From contig CBDIHL010000038.1 of NCBI GenBank assembly GCA_965279125.1, forward strand, positions 124,302 to 188,301: a stretch of DNA of 64,000 nucleotides, read 5' to 3'. The translations under genes were made by a program, and so were the position numbers. Position 1 is the first letter of the stretch; each line of letters starts with the position of its first letter. The stretch is from Dinoroseobacter sp. Its GTDB lineage: Bacteria; Pseudomonadota; Alphaproteobacteria; Rhodobacterales; Rhodobacteraceae. Positions 1 through 8,866 of this stretch are shown piece by piece. The notes under the pieces were generated by a model that worked only from the letters and a program-made list of their open reading frames with translations, did not search any database and was not told the DNA's origin.

Positions 1-435
1 GGCATTGCCGGTGGCGTTGGCGGCAATGCCGTTGGTCAGCAAGCCGCAGCGGCCAATCGCGAACTGGTTAAGCGCGATGAAGTGCTTGCGAACCTGCGGC
101 GCGTTTCAGGAGGTTTGACCGATGTCGAGCGTCAATTGCGGGCTGTCATTCGGTCGCAGAATTCGGAAATCCGGTCGTTGCGTCGCCAAGCCTCGGCAGG
201 TCAAATATCTGATTCTGCTGTGAGATCGCGGATCCGGTCGATCAACTCCAACCGCTCGGCAGTGTCGGCAACTCTTGGTCGGACCGAAGCAAACATGGCC
301 AACACAACGAACGAGATCAACCAAGCGCGTCAACAGGGCCAGCGAAACCTTGGCGCTCTGAGAAATGCATCGTCAAGCACCAAGAACCGGATCGCGCGTG
401 CGCGCAGCTCCATACGGACGGTTGCTGCCGACTAA
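1..435 (+). CDS. hypothetical Ser/Arg/Asn-rich coiled-coil protein; 5' end lies outside the window
   Basis: Frame 1 is open from nt 1 (GIAGGVGGNAVGQQAAAANRELVKRDEV...) through the listed ORF 82..435. Heptad-like R/S/N-rich sequence. The C-terminus (RSSIRTVAAD) resembles that of the next gene (RSSVRALAAS). Confidence 0.5.
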   Translation, partial: GIAGGVGGNAVGQQAAAANRELVKRDEVLANLRRVSGGLTDVERQLRAVIRSQNSEIRSLRRQASAGQISDSAVRSRIRSINSNRSAVSATLGRTEANMANTTNEINQARQQGQRNLGALRNASSSTKNRIARARSSIRTVAAD

Positions 436-524
436 GACGTGGCAATGCCTCAACCCAATCGCAGATTTTCAAAAGTCTGCGGTTGGCAAGACTCTCTTTA
501 ATCATAGGCAAGGATGGTGTCCCG

Positions 525-989
525 ATGGCTCCTAAACGTATTATTTTTCCGGTGGTCGCAACAGGATTTCTACTCTCAGGTTGTGTAACGGGCGATACGA
601 ACCCCGCAACGGCGGGATTGTTTGATAACATAAATAACTTGCGCAGCGGCGAATATGACCGACAAATTCGCGCCAAAGACGCCGAAGCCGCAGCGATTAC
701 GGCAGCCAATAATCGGAGCCAATCTAACGTCGCCGCCTTGCGCAGTGAGAGAGCCTCGAATGCCGCCTTGATTTCATCGCTGCGCGCAGAAATTGCTGGC
801 GTCCGCCAAGAAATCTCGCGGGTGCGTGCGCGGGTTAGGTCTGACCCAAGTAAGGTATCGCGTCTGAGCCAGTTTGAACGGCAACTCGGTGGCGTGGAAG
901 CGGATGTGAACCGTGGCAACGTCTCCCAAGCGACAAGTCGTGAGCTGAGCACAATTCGCTCGTCTGTGCGTGCTTTGGCCGCAAGCTAG
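525..989 (+). CDS. putative lipoprotein, coiled-coil
   Basis: Internal Met of ORF 483..989 gives MAPKRIIFPVVATGFLLSGC, a signal peptide plus lipobox (LLSG|C). The rest is Ala/Arg/Ser-rich and helical. Confidence 0.6.
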   Translation: MAPKRIIFPVVATGFLLSGCVTGDTNPATAGLFDNINNLRSGEYDRQIRAKDAEAAAITAANNRSQSNVAALRSERASNAALISSLRAEIAGVRQEISRVRARVRSDPSKVSRLSQFERQLGGVEADVNRGNVSQATSRELSTIRSSVRALAAS

Positions 990-1019
990 CGGGCAGATGA
1001 TGCGCGCCCATTCAGATTT

Positions 1020-2669
1020 TTGAGATATCGGAGCCTATCTGTGGAATACGCAAGAAAGTGCCTGCTTGGCATAACCGTAATTGCTGCTGCGTCCATTGCA
1101 TCTGCGGTTGGTGCCTTTGCGCAGGAACGTGTGACAACTGGCGAGCAGACCCGATATCCGGCCGAAGGGCTTGCCATTATTGATTGCGACCCGTCACCAC
1201 CTGCGCCCGAAGACAGTTGCGTCGTTCGGATGCCTCCGAAGAATATACGTCAGGGTGGCATTACGTTTTCCAATGCCGCCTCTGAGGGCGCGGGCTTCGA
1301 CTATTTTACAGGCGGAGATAACGGCTTTCCAAGCGAGCTCGTCGCCTCCGCAACGGCTATCGTTCTTGATATCACCTCCGGTCCGCGCGGTTTGCGGCAA
1401 GCGCGTTGGGAGACTGAGCGCGACTATGTCATAGAGTTTATCGAAGCACTGCCAGATGATGGCCTGGTCGCGGTCTATTTCCTAGATGATGAGTTGGACT
1501 TGCGTCTTGGCTTTACCAGCCAGAAGCGGCGCGCTGTCGACCTGATTTCGGGGCTAGATCAGCTTGAGGGCCGCAACACTGTTCTGGGAACGAACCTTGT
1601 GGACGTGATCGAAAGCGTTGGTCGACGTGACGATATCTTGCTGAAGAACGTCGTGCTGATTAGCGATGGTGAAGATGAAGCGCCTATCTTGTCCGGCACT
1701 GAAATCGCTGATGTGGCCATTCGCGAAGGCGTCACCTTGTCAACAATGGCAACGATTTGGCGGCGCGCTGGCGGCACCAGTTCAAACTCGGAAACACGCA
1801 GTACCGCGACCGCAACTTTGCGGGAAATGACGCGCAGGACATTGGGCACGCATGAAGTCATAGAGACATTCGACAGCACAGCCGGTGCCGAAGCCGCGAC
1901 GCGGTTTGCGAAAGATTTTGCCACTTCCATCGGTGAGTCTGGTCTGATTTTGCCGGATGGCGATCCCGTTTCTGCAGACATTAATCTGACTTATGGCACT
2001 CCGGTGATCGGGCGCCCCGGCGAGTTTGACACACAAGTTGCAACCGTATCGTTCGTTGCGTCTACGGCGAATACTGAAGCTACGCCTGAACCTACTGTCA
2101 CCGAAGCAGAGCCGGCTGAGGTAACGACTGGATTTGCAGGGTTTCCTTGGGGCTTTGAGGAGACAACTGTCTATGCAATCGCAGCTGCAATCGCGGCACT
2201 TTTGTTGTTCTTGCTTCTGTTTCTCATCCTTGGACGCCGCAATCGCGACGAGGCTGACGATAACGGCGTAGAGGATGGTGGTTTTGGTGATGGTCCGGGT
2301 TCAGACGAAACAAAAGACAAAACAGAAAGGATTGATGAAGATCCACCCGTATCGCCCCCTCCACCAGCGCGTGAACCTTGGGCCTACTTTGTCAGGCAAG
2401 ATACTGGTGACCGTTTGCCGATCTATGGGCGCAGGGCCAAAATCGGTCGAAGCTCAGAAAACGAGGTCGCCTTCCGAGATGACGACAACACTGTCTCGAG
2501 GTTTCACGCTGAACTGGATGTCACTGGGAAGAACCAGATGATGTTGTCGGACACCAACAGTGCAAACAAGACCTTCGTGAACGGCAAAGAAGTGAAATCT
2601 GCGACGCAGATCAAATCCGGAGACATCGTTGCCTTCGGAGACCGAGAAACGAAGTTCATCATTCGTTAA
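1020..2669 (+). CDS. bitopic membrane protein: signal peptide, periplasmic vWA domain, TM helix, cytoplasmic FHA domain
   Basis: N-terminal signal (LLGITVIAAASIASAVGAFA|QE). vWA-like core (AIVLDITSG ... VAVYFLDD ... VVLISDGEDE). TM AIAAAIAALLLFLLLFLILG. C-terminal FHA signature (KIGRSSENEVAFRDDDNTVSRFHAEL...NSANKTFVNG). Start is TTG 1020 or GTG 1041. Confidence 0.8.
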   Translation: MRYRSLSVEYARKCLLGITVIAAASIASAVGAFAQERVTTGEQTRYPAEGLAIIDCDPSPPAPEDSCVVRMPPKNIRQGGITFSNAASEGAGFDYFTGGDNGFPSELVASATAIVLDITSGPRGLRQARWETERDYVIEFIEALPDDGLVAVYFLDDELDLRLGFTSQKRRAVDLISGLDQLEGRNTVLGTNLVDVIESVGRRDDILLKNVVLISDGEDEAPILSGTEIADVAIREGVTLSTMATIWRRAGGTSSNSETRSTATATLREMTRRTLGTHEVIETFDSTAGAEAATRFAKDFATSIGESGLILPDGDPVSADINLTYGTPVIGRPGEFDTQVATVSFVASTANTEATPEPTVTEAEPAEVTTGFAGFPWGFEETTVYAIAAAIAALLLFLLLFLILGRRNRDEADDNGVEDGGFGDGPGSDETKDKTERIDEDPPVSPPPPAREPWAYFVRQDTGDRLPIYGRRAKIGRSSENEVAFRDDDNTVSRFHAELDVTGKNQMMLSDTNSANKTFVNGKEVKSATQIKSGDIVAFGDRETKFIIR

Positions 2670-2710
2670 GTGAACCAGCGCAGTCGACTGCGCAAATAAG
2701 GAACAAGGCC

Positions 2711-3355
2711 ATGGCTGGTAAGAAAGATGATCTTCACGACGAAACATCGCGTTGGATTTTCGACGACGATGAAACGGGGACCGACCGCGCCACGGAAGAT
2801 GCTGGCTTCACCAGCCATCTTGATGGTCCGCCGGATATGACACCACCTCCATTTGGGGGAGGCAGTTCCGCGTCCACGGTCGTCATTGGCGGCGGTTCAG
2901 ACGGCACCGTGATCGGAGGCCTCACAGGTCTGGGCGAGGACGAAGACAACGTTGCGGACGATCCTGTTGTAGGCTGGCTTGTCGTCGTCAAAGGCAAGGG
3001 CATTGGCCATTCGATCCCCCTTGGACCGGGTATTAACAGCGTCGGTCGGGATAGCTCAGAACGCGCACCCATCCCGTTTGGCGACACGCGAATTTCAAGC
3101 AAAGATCATGTGAAGATTGTCTATGACAATCAGGCGCGCGGCTTTTTGATTGCACCGGGATCCGGCAAAAACCCAACGCGTTTGGAACTTGCACCGACCG
3201 AGAAAGGTCCTCGTAGCACAATTGTCATGGTGGCGCAGCCTTTGGAAAGCTACGCGGTGATCCAACTGAGCGAGAAAACATCGGTGCGTTTTGTGGCCTT
3301 CTGCAACGAGGGTTTTGATTGGAGTGACGTGATCGACGAAGACGAGGCTAGCTAA
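2711..3355 (+). CDS. soluble FHA-domain protein with acidic/Gly-Pro-rich N-terminal region
   Basis: FHA signature GPGINSVGRDSSERAPIPFGDTRISSKDHVKIVYDNQARGFLIAPGSGKNPTRL. No TM segment seen. Confidence 0.8.
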   Translation: MAGKKDDLHDETSRWIFDDDETGTDRATEDAGFTSHLDGPPDMTPPPFGGGSSASTVVIGGGSDGTVIGGLTGLGEDEDNVADDPVVGWLVVVKGKGIGHSIPLGPGINSVGRDSSERAPIPFGDTRISSKDHVKIVYDNQARGFLIAPGSGKNPTRLELAPTEKGPRSTIVMVAQPLESYAVIQLSEKTSVRFVAFCNEGFDWSDVIDEDEAS

Positions 3356-3357
3356 GC

Positions 3358-4533
3358 ATGATCCCGGTCCATGGTCGGCAAAGCATCGGTCAACGAAAAT
3401 CTCAACAAGATGCGTATGAAATTGTTTTCGACAACGACAAGGATCCTGCGACCAACACGCTCATGCTGTTATCTGACGGCATGGGCGGACATGTTGGCGG
3501 TGAGATCGCCAGCAATATTGCGATAAAGTCGTTTGCAAAGCACTTCACCGAAATCTCCTCAGCAACACGTCCATCGGTGCGCCTGCGTGAGGCGCTCGAT
3601 TACGCGAATGCATCTATTGCGGGTCGGATAAAGGCAGAGCCAGACCTGTCTGGGATGGGATGTACCCTGATTGCCGGCCTGAAACTTGGCGATAAGTTTC
3701 ATTGGGTCAGCGTCGGGGACAGCATCGTCTATTTGTATCGAGGCGGAAAACTCAAGCGGATCAACGCGGATCATTCCGTCTATGGTGAACTGATCGAACT
3801 TGTCCGCCAAGGCAAATTAGACAAGGCCGAAGCGGATCAAAATCCTCGCAGACATGCTTTGCGGTCCGCATTGATCGGTGGCAAAATCTCACTCGTAGAT
3901 ACAAACGCAGTCGAACTTCAGCACAACGATCTTGTTCTCCTGGCGAGTGATGGGCTGGACACGCTTCAAGAGGCTGAAATCAAGCGATTGTTAGCGGCTG
4001 ATAAGTTAACGGATGTTCGCACGCTCTCGGCGCTTCTGCTGACTGCTGTTGAAGAGAAGCGTAAGCCACGCCAGGACAACACGACGGTTATCGTATATCG
4101 CCATCAGACTGGCAGTGCGAGCACGCTCGCAGGCTCTTCCGTTTGGAGCGGCGGCGCGTCCGATGATCCGCGTCCCGGCAAACGCGGCATGTTAATTGCG
4201 GGCATTGTTGGAAGTGCGCTCGCTCTGGCCGTGCTCATCTACCTGGTTGCCTTTGGCGGGCGTCAAGAGCCAGTCGTTATCGCCCCTCCGCCTGCTGTCG
4301 AGCCTACGGAAGAAAACAGTTTTTCCGGTGAGATTGGTGGATCTGACCGCGGCGATACGCAAACCGAAGGGATTGTGGGGGACGAAGAGTCCGCCGAGGA
4401 GGACATAGCACCTTCCGAGGACGCTGAAAGTGACGTTCAAGTTGCACCCGACACCGAGCAAGACCCCCCAGCAGATGCTGAGGGCGTGACGGCCGAAGAC
4501 GAAGAGACTTCTGCGGACGGTCAAGGAGAGTAG
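3358..4533 (+). CDS. PP2C-family Ser/Thr protein phosphatase, membrane-anchored, acidic C-terminal tail
   Basis: PPM motifs (SQQDAY, LLSDGMGGHVGGEIAS, LLASDGLD, DNTTVIV). TM MLIAGIVGSALALAVLIYLVAFGG. D/E-rich tail. Starts 2 nt after the preceding stop. Confidence 0.85.
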   Translation: MIPVHGRQSIGQRKSQQDAYEIVFDNDKDPATNTLMLLSDGMGGHVGGEIASNIAIKSFAKHFTEISSATRPSVRLREALDYANASIAGRIKAEPDLSGMGCTLIAGLKLGDKFHWVSVGDSIVYLYRGGKLKRINADHSVYGELIELVRQGKLDKAEADQNPRRHALRSALIGGKISLVDTNAVELQHNDLVLLASDGLDTLQEAEIKRLLAADKLTDVRTLSALLLTAVEEKRKPRQDNTTVIVYRHQTGSASTLAGSSVWSGGASDDPRPGKRGMLIAGIVGSALALAVLIYLVAFGGRQEPVVIAPPPAVEPTEENSFSGEIGGSDRGDTQTEGIVGDEESAEEDIAPSEDAESDVQVAPDTEQDPPADAEGVTAEDEETSADGQGE

Positions 4534-4536
4534 ACC

Positions 4537-5685
4537 ATGTCGATGGAACAGTCTCCTCCGCTGCCGATCGGAGAAGTCGTCGCTCAGGGGCGCTTTCGGA
4601 TTGCTTCCGTTCTTGGACGCGGCGCATTTGGAATAACTTATGAAGCGGTGCGCACAAGAGATGGAAAGCGTTTCGCGATAAAGGAATACCTGCCGTTCAA
4701 GACCTGCAGGCGGATGAACAAAGGTATTGTGCGTCCGTTGCCCGGCAAAGAAGCTGAGTTCGAGAAAGGCAAAGAAGTCTTTTATGAAGAAGCGCACATC
4801 TTAAGAAGCCTTCCGCGTCAGAGGGGGCTGGTAAAGGTTATTGGGGCCTCCGAGCGCAAAGGAACGTATTTGTGCATGATGGAGTTCATCGAAGGCAAGA
4901 CGATCAAAGAGCTGGTGCCAATGCTTGTTCAGCAGCATTCGCATGTCCCCGAAGAGATTATTCGCCAGTTCGTTTACCTGCTATCTGCCGCATTGCATTC
5001 CGTTCATACGAAAGCGCGACTGACCCACCGCGATATCAAGCCCGACAACATCATGATCCGCAAGTCGAACCGCGAACCGGTTCTCATTGATTTTGGTGCT
5101 GCGCGCCCCTTGGATCGGCATGTTGATATCCCTGACATGTATACGCCCCCCTATGCGGCGATTGAGCAGTTCAGCGTCCGCAAGACAGGCTACAATCAGG
5201 ATGCCAAAATAGGTCCTTGGACGGATCTTTTTGGCCTGTCCCTCGTTCTTTATGAAATGATGAGCCAAAGCTTGCCATTGCCGTCACATCAGCGGTGGGC
5301 TGCTTTGAAAGAAACCGGGAAAGATCCTTATGTTCCGATCCGAGAGAACCTCGCGCGCAATCGAATAAAGGCGACCTATTCTGACGACTTGCTTGATCTC
5401 ATTGATCGAGGGTGTCGATTGCTTCCGCATCAAAGGCCTCGCACTGCGAAAGAGTTTGCAAAAGCCTTGGGGCGCCCGCGCGAGACAGCCGAAGCCGGTG
5501 CACAGCACCAAAAGGAAGAAACGCGCATTATCGCAATTTGGACCGAAGGAGAGGCCGACGATAACCCGGTTGTCAGCCGTCTGCTTAGGATTTGGGAACG
5601 TGGCAAGCTTTTCTGGATCATTCTCATCCTCGCAGGTGCTGTGACCATCTTTTCCTACCTCTATGGTGCGGGGGTTTTTGAATGA
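4537..5685 (+). CDS. Hanks-type Ser/Thr protein kinase, C-terminal tail anchor, no extracytoplasmic domain
   Basis: GRGAFGITY Gly-loop, AIKEY Lys, HRDIKPDNIMI catalytic loop, DFGAAR. Single C-terminal TM LFWIILILAGAVTIFSYLYG, 5 residues from the end. Confidence 0.9.
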   Translation: MSMEQSPPLPIGEVVAQGRFRIASVLGRGAFGITYEAVRTRDGKRFAIKEYLPFKTCRRMNKGIVRPLPGKEAEFEKGKEVFYEEAHILRSLPRQRGLVKVIGASERKGTYLCMMEFIEGKTIKELVPMLVQQHSHVPEEIIRQFVYLLSAALHSVHTKARLTHRDIKPDNIMIRKSNREPVLIDFGAARPLDRHVDIPDMYTPPYAAIEQFSVRKTGYNQDAKIGPWTDLFGLSLVLYEMMSQSLPLPSHQRWAALKETGKDPYVPIRENLARNRIKATYSDDLLDLIDRGCRLLPHQRPRTAKEFAKALGRPRETAEAGAQHQKEETRIIAIWTEGEADDNPVVSRLLRIWERGKLFWIILILAGAVTIFSYLYGAGVFE

Positions 5686-6965
5686 TCAGGTCATTAGCGA
5701 TCTCCGTTGTGCTGTTTTTGATGTCGGTTATTCAGGTCTCGGGCCAAGATTTTGCTGAGCTGGGTCAGCGTGCTGAGAACGCTGTTGGTCGGGTGCTCAA
5801 TATCGTCGGAGACCGTGCGAGAGGATCCGGCACAGGTTTTGTGATCGGTGAGGCCGCGGAACGCGGCAGTTACTTCATGATTACCAACGAGCACGTCGTG
5901 GCGGATGCGTCTGCCTTGGTTGTTGGCTTTCGCAATGACGATGAGGTCGTCATTTTCCGGGCGCGCGTTCTTAGAGAATCCGTTGGATACGATCTTGCCT
6001 TGTTGCTGATCACCGCTCCATCCGATCCGTCGTTTCGGCCCGATAGTCTTAAGCTTGCAAACCGGGAGCTTGTGCGCGGCGAACCCTTGTTTGCGCTAGG
6101 CTTTCCGGGCGCATCACAAATTTTGGCGACTGGCCGAGATCAGGTTGGCGCGTACACACCGACCCTCACAACAGGCTCCATCAGCAAGGTATATGAAGGC
6201 ACATGGGGGCGGGGCCAGGCTCTCGAATTGGTTGAGCATTCGACAACGATCAACCCGGGCAATTCCGGCGGGCCGTTGATGGACGCCTGTGGGCATGTCG
6301 TTGGCGTGAACTCTGCGGGGCTGACTGAGCAGAACAATACGTTTTTGGCATCCTCACCCAATGCCGTTCGTGAGTTTCTGATCGGATCGAATGTCGCCTT
6401 TGATAACAGCAGTTCTTGCAACCCCGACAGCCTTTTAAGCTACCTATCGAACCGCAACGCGCTTTGGGTCGGATTGGCCTTCCTCGCCGTTGCAACCGTG
6501 ATGATGGTCGCGATTGATCGCGCAAATGGGGGCGGGGGAGCGCGCGCTGTGCGGCGCGTGTTGGTGATGCGGGTTCCGGCTCAAACCCCACGACGTGCCC
6601 CGAAAGCCGCGCCTAGAAAGACCCCCGAGCGGGCTGCCAAATCGACACGCGATAAGGCGGTTCTAAAGGTTGTAGCGCCGGGTCTTGGCATGACGGTTCC
6701 GCGCAAACTCACCAATCGAAATCTGGGCTCACAGGTCATCATCGGACGTTCATCAGAAGCCGATATTCAGATCGATAACTCACAGCTGAGCCGAAAGCAT
6801 GCGGCGCTCAGCCTGCAAGATCGCAAGCTTTTTATCGAAGACTTGGGCTCTTCAAACGGTGTGAGCGTGGATGGCGTTAAACTGGCCGCCAATGTTAAAC
6901 GCCAGATTAACACCAGCTCAAAGATAGAGCTGGGAGGGCAAGCGCTTGTCCTGTCACGGCCCTAG
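5682..6965 (+). CDS. bitopic membrane protein: signal peptide, periplasmic trypsin-like serine protease, TM helix, cytoplasmic FHA domain
   Basis: ATGA overlap with the kinase gene. Signal peptide (VVLFLMSVIQVSG). Catalytic-triad contexts TNEHVV, YDLALL, NPGNSGGPL. TM LWVGLAFLAVATVMMVAI. Basic Thr-Pro-rich linker. FHA signature IIGRSSEADIQIDNSQLSRKHAAL...GSSNGVSVDG. Confidence 0.8.
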   Translation: MIRSLAISVVLFLMSVIQVSGQDFAELGQRAENAVGRVLNIVGDRARGSGTGFVIGEAAERGSYFMITNEHVVADASALVVGFRNDDEVVIFRARVLRESVGYDLALLLITAPSDPSFRPDSLKLANRELVRGEPLFALGFPGASQILATGRDQVGAYTPTLTTGSISKVYEGTWGRGQALELVEHSTTINPGNSGGPLMDACGHVVGVNSAGLTEQNNTFLASSPNAVREFLIGSNVAFDNSSSCNPDSLLSYLSNRNALWVGLAFLAVATVMMVAIDRANGGGGARAVRRVLVMRVPAQTPRRAPKAAPRKTPERAAKSTRDKAVLKVVAPGLGMTVPRKLTNRNLGSQVIIGRSSEADIQIDNSQLSRKHAALSLQDRKLFIEDLGSSNGVSVDGVKLAANVKRQINTSSKIELGGQALVLSRP

Positions 6966-6974
6966 TGAATACGC

Positions 6975-7682
6975 ATGTCATACGCGTTAGAGATCAAAAA
7001 TGTCGGCGTTCACCTCAGTTCTACATTCGCGGTTGTGATTGAGGACTTTTCATTGAGCCGTGGCGAGACTGTTGTCTTAGATGCGCCAAGCGGAACCGGA
7101 AAAAGCACGGCCTTGGCATTGATTTCAGGCGCGATCGCGCATGATGAGTTCCCCAGTTGGCGTCATGTTATCGGTGGGAGACCGGTCACATCAGCGACCG
7201 CGCGGTCAGAATACGCGGCCTCCAAATCAATCGGGTTTGTGTTGCAAACAAGCAAGCTGGTTCCATTCTTATCGGTCCGCGAAAACATCGTCTTGCCAAG
7301 TCATGTGCAGGCCGAGCGATTTGAAACCTCTTGGTTTGAGTTTCTGGTTGGCAGCCTTGGAATTGCTGATTTGTTGGAACGCCATCCCAGCGAAATATCG
7401 ATTGGGCAGCGGCAGCGCGTCTCGATTGCACGCGCCATGCTGGGACAACCGACCGTTTTGCTGCTGGACGAGCCTGTTTCAGCTTTAGACCCCAACAACG
7501 TCACCAAAGTGGAGGAACTGATCCAATTGCTGGCCACCGAAGCGCAGTGCGGTGTGGTGTTGGCCAGTCACCAAGCCCACCGTGGAGTCTTCGACCAAGA
7601 ACCACGCGCGCACCATAGTGTCGTCGAACATGACGGCATCAGCTATAGCGTCTTTCGGCGCGATCCGGCTGGCCGCCAATGA
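6975..7682 (+). CDS. ABC transporter ATP-binding protein (LolD/MacB/TagT-like)
   Basis: Walker A APSGTGKST, degenerate signature ISIGQRQRVSIARA, Walker B LLLDEP, H-loop ASHQ. Confidence 0.85.
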   Translation: MSYALEIKNVGVHLSSTFAVVIEDFSLSRGETVVLDAPSGTGKSTALALISGAIAHDEFPSWRHVIGGRPVTSATARSEYAASKSIGFVLQTSKLVPFLSVRENIVLPSHVQAERFETSWFEFLVGSLGIADLLERHPSEISIGQRQRVSIARAMLGQPTVLLLDEPVSALDPNNVTKVEELIQLLATEAQCGVVLASHQAHRGVFDQEPRAHHSVVEHDGISYSVFRRDPAGRQ

Positions 7683-8866
7683 TGCAGGTCGCCGTCCAAT
7701 TGGCCGTCAAGGAATTGCGGCATGAATGGCGCGCGGGGCTCTGCCTCGTTGCGTCAATCGTCTCAATCCTCGCCCCACTTTTGGTTCTTCTGGCGCTCAA
7801 GAACGGAGTAATCGACGCTTTGGTCGAAGGACTTGTGGATGATCCAAGGAACCGCGAAATTCTATCGACACGCGCGTCCTCCCTAGATGCAGAGTTTTTT
7901 GCGAAATGGTCGCGAGATCCGCAAATCGACTTTATCAGCCCCCGGACGCGTGCCGTGAATACCCAAGTCAAAGCCGTTCAGAACAGCGCAAACCGCAAAG
8001 TCGTAGAGCCTGTTACGCTTTTGCCGTCTGGGCCAGGTGATCCGTTACTACCGAGCGGATCAACACAGCATGAAGGCGCGTATATTACGGAACGTTTGGC
8101 GCGCCAGATCGAATGGCAGGCCGGGGATGAAATTGTCCTGATCGCGGAGCGCACTATAAATGGCACCCTTGAGACCGCGCGCACGCGTCTGCCTGTTCAT
8201 GGAATTGTTCCAGAACGGTCTCTGCGCCAGCACGCGGTGTTTGTACCTTTGGACGTGTTGGTCGGCGTCGAGCGTTTTGTAGACGACCAATCGCTTGCGC
8301 CAGAGTTATGGATGACGGATGTCGAGATGCCCCAGGCATTTGCTAGCTTTCGTCTTTATGTGCGTGAGCTTGCCGACCTTGAAGAGGTCAATGAGCGATT
8401 GCGCGCCACCGGATTATCAACACGCCCCCTTGCACAAAATGCGGTGTCGCTGCTGGATTTCCGAACACGCTTGAACGGCCTGTATGCTGCAATTGCGGGT
8501 CTGGCCGTATTGGGATTTTGGGCCGCAATGGCTGCAAACCTAAGAGGTATGGTCGAGCGCCAACGCACGACGTTCAGCTTCCTCAACTTGATTGGCTATC
8601 AGCCGATCGTGCGTGCCAGTATGCCATTGATTCAATCGGTAACACTCGTTTTGCTTGGTATAGTCGCGTCCCTTGCAATCGTCTTACCGATGCTTGCGGT
8701 CGTGAATCTATTATTTCAGGATGAAGCTGACAATGTGGCTGTGTTGGGCTTGTGGGATATCGTGCTGACAATTGCTGTCGGCTTGTGTCTTGCATTGATA
8801 TCTTCAATTTGGGCGATCCGTGCTGCGGTTGCCGTTTCTGCGGACGAGGTACTTAGAAATGCTTAG
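7679..8866 (+). CDS. ABC transporter permease, FtsX/MacB type (LolC/E- or TagS-like)
   Basis: ATGA overlap with the ATPase gene. Topology is TM1, a periplasmic loop of about 220 aa, then 3 C-terminal TMs, as in the FtsX family. Confidence 0.75.
   Translation: MMQVAVQLAVKELRHEWRAGLCLVASIVSILAPLLVLLALKNGVIDALVEGLVDDPRNREILSTRASSLDAEFFAKWSRDPQIDFISPRTRAVNTQVKAVQNSANRKVVEPVTLLPSGPGDPLLPSGSTQHEGAYITERLARQIEWQAGDEIVLIAERTINGTLETARTRLPVHGIVPERSLRQHAVFVPLDVLVGVERFVDDQSLAPELWMTDVEMPQAFASFRLYVRELADLEEVNERLRATGLSTRPLAQNAVSLLDFRTRLNGLYAAIAGLAVLGFWAAMAANLRGMVERQRTTFSFLNLIGYQPIVRASMPLIQSVTLVLLGIVASLAIVLPMLAVVNLLFQDEADNVAVLGLWDIVLTIAVGLCLALISSIWAIRAAVAVSADEVLRNA

Noticed and set aside
317-952. 211-aa minus-strand ORF overlapping the first two genes, and 11300-12217(-) opposite the second kinase
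   Set aside because: The plus-strand frames give a lipobox and kinase motifs respectively, and the minus-strand products show no features. I considered an antisense-encoded component of the phospho-signalling cluster, but nothing supports it.
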